A stretch of 64,000 bases of DNA from Longimicrobiales bacterium (GTDB taxonomy: Bacteria > Gemmatimonadota > Gemmatimonadetes > Longimicrobiales > Gaopeijiaceae), in assembly GCA_965198065.1 (NCBI GenBank), contig CBDAON010000004.1:2048001-2112000 (forward strand). The letters are read 5' to 3'. A program made the position numbers and the translations under genes. Positions 12,335 through 23,217 of the stretch are shown here, one piece after another (position 1 is the stretch's first letter; every line of letters begins with the position of its first letter). The notes under the pieces are model-generated. The model did not search any database, was not told the origin of the DNA, and saw nothing but the letters and a program-made list of their open reading frames with translations.

Positions 12335-12763
12335 GGTTGCTGCCCGCCTGAGTGGGATGCTACAGGAGACTGCGGCGCGGGATGCGGGTAGGCAACTTCG
12401 AGTGAGTCGGCCGGCAACCCCGCCCTAAGGCAGAAGCACCTCCCGGTTCAGCCACACGATGTTGTCCCAACTCAACACCTACTTCGAGGAGTTGCCGTTC
12501 CGGACAATCGGGCTTCCCCTGGAGTTCGAGGCGGGGCTCACGCCCTGAGGACGTGACTCTGGCGACCTCGGTCGCCAAGCGTCGCCGGAGGGAAGCCAGG
12601 CCAGGACGGCGGTGTGTGCCGAGAAGTGTGCCGACTTGGCGGAACGCGGTGACACAACAAGATGCGAGCCGACACGGGGCTGCACACGAAAATCCTTAAA
12701 GCAGAACAGCTATCGGCACTGACAGGACCGGAGAAGGATCCAGAGCCTCCGTCCCGAATCGAT

Positions 12764-12806
12764 CTCTTAATCCGTAGGTTCTAGGTTCGATTCCTAGGCG
12801 GCGCAT
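12764..12806 (+). repeat. attR-like copy of the tRNA-Lys 3' half
   Basis: CTCTTAATCCGTAGGTTCTAGGTTCGATTCCTAGGCGGCGCAT, identical to 6077-6119. Confidence 0.92.
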
Positions 12807-12861
12807 ACACATACGCCGGAACCTCCTCCCGATACCCTCCGGGGAGGCGGGAGAAAGGGCC

Positions 12862-14129
12862 TCAGCTCGGCGCCTGGACCACGGCCCCCAGGAAGAGAAC
12901 CGTTCCCGAGAAGCGCTCCCGGATCGCAAACAGGAAGGGTCGATCGACCGTGAAGGGCGGGGTGAACGAGGTCGTCCCTACCTCCACGCTCGTGGCTGCG
13001 GAGGCTCTCGTCCCGGCCTCGTCCACCTCGACGAACGTTTTTTGCTTCACGTTTGAGATGTGGATCTGGTTCTCGAGTGCGTCCGCGAACATCCGAGTGA
13101 AGTCGGCCTCGTTCGGGTCGAACGCCACGGCCATGCCGAGCGCCTTCAGCACGTCGTTCAGGCTCGACTCCCACTCCATGCGAAACCGCGGGATCCGAAT
13201 CTCGATGTCCCGGCTAGCGAACGACGATGTGAGCGCGCCCCACTCGGTCGCGTCCAGGTCGTCCACGAGATCGCCGACAGTGCGCCCCTGCCCGGGAAGG
13301 ACGATCGTCATCGAGAACGCCTCGCCCCCGTGGGCAGATCGATCGCCTCGTAGCCTGAGCCGGATGCGAACGATACGATGCCGTCCCTGGCCATCAGCCG
13401 GACCGTGCCCGTCGTGCCGTCCTGGTTGTGGAAGACGGCGTCCCGCGTCTCGTTCGGGTCGAACTCCCCCGTCCAGAGCCCCTCGAAATCGATGGCGTTG
13501 ATGAGGAAGGCAACCGTGAGAGGATCGATCGGGGGCACGACGATGTCCTCGATCCGGCCGTTCGTCGCCTCCCTCACCCAGTCGTTCATTACGTCGGCGG
13601 CCGTCGGGATCGAGAAGTCGAGCCCGGCCACCTGCGCGTCGAACACACCGGTAACTCTCTCCAGGTAATCGGCTTCGGGCGTCCAGCCGTGACGGTACCA
13701 CACCGAGTTTCCGATCTGGAACTTCACGTTGGGGTCGAGGCTCTGAAGCAGGTCGATGAGGCTTCGGTACGAGGCGTTGATGTCGTCTAGCTCCATCTCC
13801 TGGAAGCCCAGCGTCAGACGCATCGCGTCGAACGTCTCCTCGGCCGAACCGTTCAGAGCCATCCCGAGGGCCATGGAGGCGCTGAGAGGGGAGAGGAAGC
13901 TGTTCTCACTGGGATCGGAGGCGTGCACCTGCCGGAGAAGATCGAAGCCGAACTCGTTGCTTGCCCGGAGGATCTCAACCTCTGACGCCGTGAGCTCCCT
14001 TGGAAGCTCCGTGATGAGGGCGGCTTCGGGCGCGCTGTCGGGGCCGGTGGAGCTCGAGCAGCCCGTAAGTGCGATCGCGATCGCCGCGAGGCCGATCGGG
14101 AGAATCGAGGGCAGGGGCCGGTGCATCAT
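12862..14129 (-). CDS. Serpin-family protease inhibitor, lipoprotein; frameshift near 13330
   Basis: Lipobox ALTGC; SPLSASMAL, WVREATNGRI, LINAIDFEGLW; C-terminal VEVDEAGTRASAAT..FTVDRPFLF in a second frame. Confidence 0.88.
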
Positions 14130-14210
14130 CTGTCCAGGAGTGGGGGCCGAAGGGTGTTCGGGGGAGGCGGCCCTGACGGGCCGCCGCTCTCGTCTCCTCC
14201 AGAGGAACGA

Positions 14211-16148
14211 TTAGCCGGGCGTCGGCGTGACAGGATGCCCAGCGAGCAGGCGGAGGCCATTCAGCACGACGAGGAGCGTCGAGCCCTCGTGTGCCACTAC
14301 GGCGACCGTGAGGGGGAGCCCGACCACGGACGCGGTGACGACGAGGAGCCCCATCCAGACGACGCTGAACCAGACGTTCTGGCGCACGATCCGGCGGGCG
14401 CGGCGCCCCAGCTCCACCAGGTACTCGATCTTCGGGAGATCGTCGCCCATGAGCACCACGTCCGCCGTCTCGATCGCCACGTCCGTCCCGGCGGCGCCCA
14501 TGGCCACGCCGACCGAAGCCTCGACCATGGCGGGCGCGTCGTTCACGCCGTCCCCTACCATCACCACGCCGCGGGCGTCACCCGAGATGGCGCGCAGCAC
14601 CTCGACCTTCTCGTGCGGAAGGAGCCCGGCGCGTACCTCGTCCGCCCCGAGCTCGGCCGCAATGGCGCGAACGGCGTCCGGGTGGTCGCCCGAGAGTATC
14701 AAGACGCGTCGGATCCCCTGGACGTCCTTCAAGCGGCGGATGGTCTCACGGGATCCCGGGCGGACCCGGTCGCCGAACGCCATAGCGCCCACGACCCGGT
14801 CGTCTACCCCGGTCAGTACCACCGTGCGGGACTGGCCGGCCTGCTCGATCGTCCATGCGTCGAGCGCTTCCGGCAGTCCCGCGCTCCGGCGCGCGGCCAA
14901 CGCGCGGTTCCCTACCCAGAGAAGCCGCCCGTTCTGCCGTCCCTCCACCCCTTCCCCCGGAAGGGCCCGGAACTCCTCCACGGGGGACGGCTCCCGGCCC
15001 CGCTCCCGAGCAGCGTACAGCACGGCGGTGGCAATGTGGTGTTCGGAGGCAGCCTCGACCGCTGCCGCGATGCTCAGGAGCTCGTCCTCGGAGATCCCTG
15101 CCGCCTTGAGCGCGAGGAGGCGAGGCTGACCCATGGTGAGGGTCCCCGTCTTGTCGAACGCTACGACATCCACGTCTCCGGTGCGGTCCAGGACCGCACC
15201 TCCCTTGAAGAGGATCCCGTTCCGGGCCCCGTTAGCGATGGCGGAGAGGACGCCGGCCGGAGTCGAGATGACGAGCGCGCACGGGCTCGCCACGACGAGA
15301 AGGGTCATGCCGCGGTAGACGGCCTCTCCCCAAGTGGCGCCGGCGAGCGCGACCCCTCCGAGGATCGTGAGCCCGCTCCCGACGAGGACGAGGATCGTGT
15401 ACGGGTGCGCGAACCGGTCGATGAACTCCTGGGCCGGCGCCCTTTTTTCCCTGGCCTCTTCGACCATGCGAACGATGCGGGCGAGCATCGTCTCGCTGGC
15501 CGGACGGGTCACAGTCACCGTGAGGACCCCCCCACCGTTGATCGAGCCGGCGAACACCTCGTCGCCGGTCCCCCGGGTCACTGGCTGGCCCTCGCCCGTG
15601 ATCGCGGACTGGTCCACGTCGCTCCTCCCCTTCGAGACCTGCCCGTCGGCGGCAATGCGCTCCCCGGGACGGACCAGGATGCGCTGGCCCGGCGCGAGGC
15701 TTGCCGCCGGAACCTGCCCCGCTTCGCGTCCCTCCGCGTCCAGGAGTGTCGCTTCCTCGGGATGGATCTTCATCAACTTTTCGATCGCCCTCCGGGTGCG
15801 TCCCATCGCGTACGCCTCGAGCGTGTTCGAGAGGGAGAACAGGAAGATGAGGATGACCCCCTCGAGTGGTTGGCCGACGGAGGCGGCTCCCAGGGCCGCC
15901 GCTCCCATGAGGAAGTCGATCGAGAGCCGCCCCTTCCGGAGCTCGGCGATCGTATCGGAAAGGATCGGCGCCCCACCGATCAGGTACGCGGCCGCGAGCG
16001 GGAGCCAGCGCCAGGGCGACGGATCCGTGGGCACCCACTCGAGCACGGCGCCCGCCGCCATGCCGATCGCCACGACGACCGTCACCTGGAGGTAGACGCG
16101 CGCCTCCGGTGTGAGGACGGATGTGATGGCAGCCGGGCGGGTGGTCAC
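14211..16148 (-). CDS. Heavy-metal-translocating P1B-type ATPase (SPC motif, P1B-4-like)
   Basis: TGE, VVASPCALVIS, DKTGTLT, SEHH, GDGVNDAP, HEGST. Confidence 0.92.
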   Translation of the reverse strand: MTTRPAAITSVLTPEARVYLQVTVVVAIGMAAGAVLEWVPTDPSPWRWLPLAAAYLIGGAPILSDTIAELRKGRLSIDFLMGAAALGAASVGQPLEGVILIFLFSLSNTLEAYAMGRTRRAIEKLMKIHPEEATLLDAEGREAGQVPAASLAPGQRILVRPGERIAADGQVSKGRSDVDQSAITGEGQPVTRGTGDEVFAGSINGGGVLTVTVTRPASETMLARIVRMVEEAREKRAPAQEFIDRFAHPYTILVLVGSGLTILGGVALAGATWGEAVYRGMTLLVVASPCALVISTPAGVLSAIANGARNGILFKGGAVLDRTGDVDVVAFDKTGTLTMGQPRLLALKAAGISEDELLSIAAAVEAASEHHIATAVLYAARERGREPSPVEEFRALPGEGVEGRQNGRLLWVGNRALAARRSAGLPEALDAWTIEQAGQSRTVVLTGVDDRVVGAMAFGDRVRPGSRETIRRLKDVQGIRRVLILSGDHPDAVRAIAAELGADEVRAGLLPHEKVEVLRAISGDARGVVMVGDGVNDAPAMVEASVGVAMGAAGTDVAIETADVVLMGDDLPKIEYLVELGRRARRIVRQNVWFSVVWMGLLVVTASVVGLPLTVAVVAHEGSTLLVVLNGLRLLAGHPVTPTPG

Positions 16149-16286
16149 GGGTGGGGTACGACCCTGTTGGGGGGATGGGGGACGGCCCTCCGGGGCTCGT
16201 CCGGGTCGGGGTGCGTCACTAAGATGAGGGCCTCTCGCACCCCAAGGTAGGAGGAGGATACGTGGCTCCCGTTCGCCACGTCGGCC

Positions 16287-16946
16287 ATGTTCCGGTTCCT
16301 GAGGGATCTCGCCGAGAACAACAATCGCCCCTGGTTCCAGAAGAACAAGCATCGATACGAGAATGACGTGAAGGATCCGGCCCTACAGTTCATTGCCGAC
16401 TTCGCGCCCTACTTGGAGAAGATCAGCCCCCACTTCCGAGCCGATCCGAGATCGGTAGGCGGCTCTCTCTTCCGGATCTACCGAGACATCCGATTCTCGA
16501 AGGACAAAAGCCCGTTCAAGACCTCCCTGGGGATCCATTTCCGGCATCTCCACGCGAAGGACGTGCACGCGCCCGGCTTCTACCTGCACCTGGAGCCGCG
16601 CGAGATCTTCGCGGGAGTCGGCATCTGGCATCCGGATTCCAAGACCCTGAAGAAGATCCGAGACACCATCGTGGACGATCCGGCCGCTTGGAAGAAGGCA
16701 ATCAGCTTGAAGTCGTTCAGGAGCCGCTACGAGCTCGTGGGCGACTCACTGGCGCGGGCTCCGAGGGGGTACGACCCCGAGCATCCCATGGTGGAGGATC
16801 TCAAGCGGAAGGATTTCATCGGTCTGACGTACCTCTCCCAGAAGACCGTGACCGGGAGCGGATTCATGAGCGAGTTCGCGGCCCTGAGCCGCGCGGGGGC
16901 TCCGCTCCAGCGGTTTCTCTGCGCGGCCGTAGACGTACCGTATTGA
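16287..16946 (+). CDS. DUF2461 / TIGR02453-family protein
   Basis: FLRDLAENNNRPWF, FRIYRDIRFSKDKSPFKT, APRGYDPEHP. Confidence 0.85.
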   Translation: MFRFLRDLAENNNRPWFQKNKHRYENDVKDPALQFIADFAPYLEKISPHFRADPRSVGGSLFRIYRDIRFSKDKSPFKTSLGIHFRHLHAKDVHAPGFYLHLEPREIFAGVGIWHPDSKTLKKIRDTIVDDPAAWKKAISLKSFRSRYELVGDSLARAPRGYDPEHPMVEDLKRKDFIGLTYLSQKTVTGSGFMSEFAALSRAGAPLQRFLCAAVDVPY

Positions 16947-16989
16947 GGGACCCGCTCCGCAAGCCGCCCCAGACGCTCCAGAACCCGCT

Positions 16990-18072
16990 TTAAAAGAGGT
17001 CGAGCTGCGGCTTCGCCGGAGCCGCAGCTCTCGGCGGCCGCCCCGGCCGCCGGAAGTGCTCCGTCGAAAGGGCGGGCACCCGCCTCGGGAACCCCGCCTT
17101 CTCGCGCGACACGTGGAAGAGGCTCCGGATCTGATCCGCGAACGGGCCTTCGCCCCGCATCCGCTTCCCGAACGCAGACTCGTTCAGCTTCCCGCCGCGG
17201 AGGTTCCTGAGACGTGACTTCACCTTCTCGGCCCGGTCCGGGCAGTGGTCGTCCATCCACGAAAGGAAGATCTGCCGCACTGCTCCGGGGAGCCGGAGGA
17301 TCATGTACCCCACTTCCGTGGCCCCAGCTTCCGCCGCGGCCTCGATGATCGCAGCCACTTCGTGATCGGTCAGGCCGGGAATCACCGGGGCCACGAACAC
17401 GGTGACCGGCACGCCGGCCGCGACCAGTGCCCGCACCGCCTCGAGCCGGTGCTCGGGCGGGGACGCGCGCGGTTCCATCGCTCGCTGGAGGGATCGGTCG
17501 AGCGTCGTAATCGAGATCGCGACGTGCGCCGCGTCGTAGCGGGCGAGCTCACCCAGGAGGTCCGCGTCCCGCTCGACGAGCCGGCTCTTCGTTACGACCG
17601 CGACCGGATGGCGAGCACGAACCAGCACCTCCATGCAGCCGCGGGTGATGCCCAGGCGTCGCTCGACGGGCTGATAGGGGTCCGTGACGCCGCTCATCGC
17701 AATGTGCTCGGGCTTCCAGCGGGGGCTCGCGAGCTCCCACTCCAGGAGCTCGGGCGCGTCGGGTTTCACGAAGATCTTGGACTCGAAGTCGAGGCCCGCG
17801 GAGAGGCCGAGGTACTCGTGGGTGGGGCGGGCGTAGCAGTAGCTGCACCCGTGCTCACATCCCCTGTAGGGGTTCAGGCTCCAGTCGAAGCCCACGTCCG
17901 GGCTAAGGTTCCTCGTCAGGACTGAGCGGGACGCGTCGCGGAAGTATTGGGTGCTTCTCGCGGCTGGGTCCTCGTCGTCCTTCGGCAGGGGCTCGATGTG
18001 GAGCCGCTCGAACCGATTAGCCGGATCCTCGTCGGTGCCGCGACCGCGCAGGACGGGGAAGGAGTGTTTCAT
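16990..18072 (-). CDS. PA0069-family (SplB-like) radical SAM protein
   Basis: NPYRGCEHGCSYCYARP, TDPYQPVE, C-terminal QLDLF beta-clamp-like motif. Confidence 0.9.
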   Translation of the reverse strand: MKHSFPVLRGRGTDEDPANRFERLHIEPLPKDDEDPAARSTQYFRDASRSVLTRNLSPDVGFDWSLNPYRGCEHGCSYCYARPTHEYLGLSAGLDFESKIFVKPDAPELLEWELASPRWKPEHIAMSGVTDPYQPVERRLGITRGCMEVLVRARHPVAVVTKSRLVERDADLLGELARYDAAHVAISITTLDRSLQRAMEPRASPPEHRLEAVRALVAAGVPVTVFVAPVIPGLTDHEVAAIIEAAAEAGATEVGYMILRLPGAVRQIFLSWMDDHCPDRAEKVKSRLRNLRGGKLNESAFGKRMRGEGPFADQIRSLFHVSREKAGFPRRVPALSTEHFRRPGRPPRAAAPAKPQLDLF

Positions 18073-18224
18073 GACAGCACCTACCCGGGGTCCCAGCCGA
18101 AGTTTCGGGAAATGTTCGGTATCCCGAGTCGTCGAGGTCGTGCGGCCTTTGGTGCTCGGGGATGGCTGACTAGATCGTCTCGTCCACTTTGCCTAGACTT
18201 CCAAGCCCCGTTTAGGTTCTCTAC

Positions 18225-18747
<523 letters not shown>

Positions 18748-18804
18748 CTGTTGAGCCTCAGTTTCGAAAATAGTAACGGGATAACAGTAACAGGGCGCTC
18801 AGGT

Positions 18805-19926
18805 ATGCCGAAGCTCTACACAAAGGGTAAGTCCAGGTTTTATGCGGACTTAAGATATCTCGGCCTGGGTCAGCACGCCCTGAAGCCACCGGGGTCTTCC
18901 CGAGCCACACAAGACGAAGCCGAAGCCCTCGTTCTGATGGGTAAGTTGATCGAGCGTCTGAGGCGTGAAGGCGCGCCGGTCAACCGCCCAGGGGACACGC
19001 TTGGTGCGGCTGCTGACGCCTTCCTCCGGCTCAATCCCGGAGGTGTGACGGAGGGATGGCTGCGCGAGCACCGGCACAAGCTCGGTCGCGCTCGTCGGTG
19101 GTTTGGTGACCAGCGTCCGCTTGCGTCGATTAAGCCGAGAGACGTGCGCGCATGGTGGGAGCGTCTCGAGTCCTTGGGATTGGCTTCTGGTACCGTTCGG
19201 CACCATCTGAACGTGCTTTCTTCCCTGTATCGGTTCGCCATCGAGAATGAGATGGTCCCGCCGTCATACAACCCCGTCGCGATGCTCTACCGGAAGCCGT
19301 CTTCGTCAAACGGGCGCATTCAAACCAAGCGGGCGCAGTTCCTAGAGATCGACGAGGCCGCGCGTTTCCTAGACGCGGCCCGGACGCTGACGCGATCTAA
19401 GCGCAGGTGGCTCCTGGACGGCCTCCACGAGATCCTATCGACCTTCCTGTTGACGGGTGGGCGAAAAGCGGAGGTACTAGGGCTCGTGGTTGACGACGTG
19501 GATCTGGACGCAGGCATCGTCCGGTACCGTCCGAATGACTTCCGGCCACTCAAGACGCCTTGGGCGGAGCGCACCGTACCCCTTTGGCCGCAACTGCGGG
19601 AGATCCTGGTGCCGTGGCTCCAAGGTCGAGATCCGGACGAGTTGCTCTTCGAGGGTCCGGTTGGCGGGATGATTCACGACCTACGGAAGGCGCTCAAGGC
19701 TACTTCGGAAGCGTCGGGTATCGCGGTCACCGGCGTCACCATCTTTCGCCACACCTACGCCACGGCTCGGCTCCAGACGACCGACAACGGGAAGCAGATT
19801 TCACTCTGGACCGTCGCCAAGGAGCTGGGCCACAAAACCGTCTCACGGGTCGAAGACACATACGGCCATCCGAGCCACTACCGGCCTCGTGGTGAGGTCG
19901 TGGAGTATCAGCTCCGTACGACGTAA
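18805..19926 (+). CDS. Tyrosine recombinase/integrase adjacent to tRNA-Arg
   Basis: TGGRKAEV (R), PLKT (K), IFRHTY, LGH, TYGH (Y). Confidence 0.9.
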   Translation: MPKLYTKGKSRFYADLRYLGLGQHALKPPGSSRATQDEAEALVLMGKLIERLRREGAPVNRPGDTLGAAADAFLRLNPGGVTEGWLREHRHKLGRARRWFGDQRPLASIKPRDVRAWWERLESLGLASGTVRHHLNVLSSLYRFAIENEMVPPSYNPVAMLYRKPSSSNGRIQTKRAQFLEIDEAARFLDAARTLTRSKRRWLLDGLHEILSTFLLTGGRKAEVLGLVVDDVDLDAGIVRYRPNDFRPLKTPWAERTVPLWPQLREILVPWLQGRDPDELLFEGPVGGMIHDLRKALKATSEASGIAVTGVTIFRHTYATARLQTTDNGKQISLWTVAKELGHKTVSRVEDTYGHPSHYRPRGEVVEYQLRTT

Positions 19927-20248
19927 GGCGGTCTGCCCGTCCCTTCCTGAACCGGCGAATTATTCAGTAACCCATTGCTACGCTTGTGGTTAGCCGCTCA
20001 CCGATACGCTATGGATCACTTCGGGTATACAAAACGAACGGGCGACCGCGGAAGGGATCGGTCACACCCGACGGAAGGCTGGGCGCCTACCTGGCCGGAG
20101 CGACGCAAGAACCAGAGACCAAGACTCCCCGAGGGAATGCTGCCGAGCCCCGATGAGAAGCTTGGCCGGTCATCGGGGGCGCTGGTAATGGCCGACCGGA
20201 TTCGCAGGTTACGGAAGTCGGCTACCGGGCTCACGGGACGATCGATCC

Positions 20249-20400
20249 CTACCTCCGCGTGATCTTCTGCCCGATGTACATCACGTATACCGGCTTCCCA
20301 TACTGAACGGGCCAAGCAAAGTGCATCCGCAACGTCATGGACCGGACCTTCCCGTGCCAGGAACATGGCAGGGCCTGGCCGGGTTCATCATCGAGGTGTT
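20249..20400 (-). pseudogene. C-terminal remnant of a conserved hypothetical (possibly RelE-like) protein
   Basis: Protein-like tail CSWHGKV..RMHFAWPV..VYVMYIGQKITRR*. Confidence 0.35.
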
Positions 20401-20446
20401 CTATGGCATTCGACGCTGGGCCAGACCGAGACAGTAGGGGATTTTC

Positions 20447-21680
20447 ATGATTACAGGCGCACTCCAAATCTAAAATCGACAGCATCTGGAATACGATGTG
20501 ATCTGGCGGCATCTCGAATCCGCTCTCGGTCATCGAGCAGCTCACCTACCTGCTCTTCATCAAGCGGCTCGACGAACTACATACGCTTAAGGAGCGCAAG
20601 GCCGCGCGCACCGGCACACCCATCGAGGAGCCGGTCTTCGGCGCCGACCAGGACAGGCTGCGCTGGTCGCGTTTCAAGGACGCCGCTCCCGAGCAGCTGT
20701 TCGAGACGGTGCGAGACGGGGTGTTCCCCTTTATCAAGTCGCTCGGGCAGAAGGGCGAGGCCAACGCCGGGGAGGGGGGCTCGACGTACAGCCACCACAT
20801 GAAGGATGCCCTCTTCATGATGCCCACGGCTCGTGTGCTGGCCAACGTGGTCGACCAACTCGACGGCATCGACATGGCCGACAGCGACACCAAGGGCGAC
20901 CTCTACGAGTACATGCTCAGCAAGATTGCCACCGCCGGACAGAACGGCCAGTTCCGCACGCCGCGCCACATCATCCGTCTGATGGTGGACATGACCGCCC
21001 CCACGCCCAAGGACGTGATCTGCGACCCGGCCTGCGGCACGGCGGGCTTCCTCGTTGCCGCGTTTGAGCACCTGGTGGCGCACCACAGCGACACCATCTA
21101 CAAGGACGCCGCGGCGCGCCACCGCTTTAGCGAGGGCACGTTCAACGGCTACGACTTCGACAACACCATGCTGCGCATCGGCAGCATGAACATGCTGCTG
21201 CACGGCGTGGAGAATCCAGACATCCGTTATAAGGACTCGCTGGCCCAGACCGACGACGATGACGCGGAGAAGTACTCCCTGGTCCTCGCCAATCCGCCAT
21301 TTGCGGGAAGCCTCGACTACGAGTCCACCGCCAAGGATCTGCAGCAGATCGTCAAGACGAAGAAGACAGAGTTGCTGTTCCTCGCCCTCTTCCTCCGCCT
21401 TATCCAGACAGGAGAACGCGCCGCCGTCATCGTGCCCGACGGCGTGCTCTTCGGATCGACCAAGGCGCACAGGACCCTGCGCACGATCTTGGTCGAGGAG
21501 CAGAAGCTCGACGCCATCGTCTCCATGCCCTCTGGCGTCTTCAAACCCTACGCCGGGGTCTCCACCGCCATCCTGCTCTTCACCAAGACCAACTCCGGCG
21601 GCACGGACCACGTCTGGTTCTACGACATGCAGGCGGACGGCTACTCGCTGGATGACAAGCGCACGCCGCAGCCGGAGAAG
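20447..21680 (+). pseudogene. hsdM: Type I restriction-modification methyltransferase subunit, damaged and 3'-truncated
   Basis: MITG..KIDSIW..SGGISNPLSVIEQLTYLLF with a frameshift and an in-frame TGA; GQFRTP, DPACGTAGFL, ANPPF; homology ends after LDDKRTP. Confidence 0.88.
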
Positions 21681-22251
21681 ACCGTCCTTGCAAGTGTGGA
21701 TACTCTTGTTATTGGAACCTGGGCCATCGTTCCAGTCTGGAGGATGTAGTCTATTTCCCTCGGGAACTAGAGCAGGGTCACCGGGGAAATCACCGATATC
21801 ATTCACGAAACTCCTCTTCCTCTTCCTTGGTCTCCTCCGATTCCAATAGTGCCCGTAGCCAGGTTCGCGGCCCACAGGGAGGTGTTCATCACGCGGTTTC
21901 AGGATGGGCGCTAAACTACCGGCCACAGGAAATCGGGGGCGGAAACCCTGGAGCCGGGTAGTGGGGTGCGTTGTCCTCCGGGCTTCGATCACTGCCGAGC
22001 GTGGGAAATGGTCCTGCGCACTCCTCCTCAGTCCAGAGGTCGAACGATGCTGCCACATGACCCGTGCAGGACTTGTCCGACGACGGGGTGAACAAGATCT
22101 GGACCGTCCGAATAAGCGAGCGGCGGGCGACCGCCCTGTCGAGCCGCCGGCCGGCCCGGGGTCTTCGGCGTGGCTGGGGCCCACTAGGACAGCGAGGACG
22201 AGCGCATCGACAGACCTGTCCGTTGTGCCGGCTCCGCGCGCGCTGTGATGT

Positions 22252-22566
22252 TCAGGGTGCGAGGGGGTATCTGCGGGCGAAGGCCAGGGGGATGAGGGGA
22301 TCCGAACGCGCCGCCGGGATGATGGCGACGCGGTTCGGTTCGGGAACCCCCACGAGGCGGGCGAAATGCTCCCGCACGCAGTTGCTCTCCGCGAAGAAGT
22401 CAGGAGGATGGACGACCGTGGGCGTCCGCTTCTGTTGGATCCCGGCGATGCCGGCCGCTTCGACGACCTTTGGAAGGGGGCTGAAGTAGGCGCAGTTCAG
22501 GTAGTGGACGTCCTCGGGGAGGGTGAAGGCCTCCCGCTGGCAAGGCAGCACCTCTTCCTCCGCCAT
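22252..22566 (-). pseudogene. Class V aminotransferase N-terminal fragment
   Basis: LPCQREAFTLPEDVHYLNCAYFSPLP; truncated after about 100 aa. Confidence 0.7.
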
Positions 22567-22626
22567 CACAGCCTGTCGGTTCATCGTCCCTTTATCCACT
22601 ATTGTACCGTGCCGGGGTGAAGCGGG

Positions 22627-23140
22627 ATGGGAGAGTCTTGCAGGTGATCGAGATCGATCTGCTGGACCATGTCGTGGACCGGTTCCAAGCTTATGCGCTC
22701 CTCGGTCAGAACGGTCAGAACGCCGGAGGAGCTTGCTTGGCCTAGGGTCCCTGAGTAGATGTGGACTGGCCGCGCATCGGAGGAGATAACGTCCGGGCCC
22801 GTCGAAAGGTTCACACCCGGAGTCCCCGCTCTCCTCAATGGCGCTCGTGAACATCGGAGCCATGTGGTGCTGGACCTAGGCGCAGCCGCCGACTCCAATC
22901 TGCACGTGTACAGCCGTTTCGCCCGACGAGTTCGATTCGCGGACCTTCTCGGTAAAGGCAGGTCGCATGGGACCGCACGACCCAGCACCCTACCACCCTA
23001 GCCAGCGCATCCCTACGATCTGGCGTTCGCATGGAACATCCTGGACCGACTCTTCCCAGAGGAGCGCCCAGGCCTCATGCGGCGGTTGGCCGAGATCAGC
23101 GCTCCGAGCGCACGCCTCAAGGTCTTTGACGCTGCCGCCC
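22627..23140 (+). pseudogene. Degraded SAM-dependent methyltransferase-like gene
   Basis: Fragments VVLDLGAA..RRVRFADL and YDLAFAWNILDRL..LMRRLAE with stops and frameshifts. Confidence 0.45.
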
Positions 23141-23217
23141 TGACCTCCTTTCCCATGTCCCGACCCGTCCAGAATTCCAAATTTTGGACTCGGTCTCGTT
23201 CTTGGGGGTGAGGATCA
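23141..23217 (-). mobile_element. Solo IS3-family left end (diverged relative of IS3 type B)
   Basis: Reverse complement TGATCCTCACCCCCAAGAACGAGACCGAGTCC resembles TGATCTACCCCCCTAAAACGAGACCGAGTCC of the copies ending at 31149, 36242 and 41364. Confidence 0.65.

Noticed and set aside
14121..16250. 709-aa plus-strand ORF and similar long shadow ORFs (59691-61451, 55839-57323, 20577-22184)
   Set aside because: They are antisense shadows of clear genes in high-GC DNA with no recognisable motifs.
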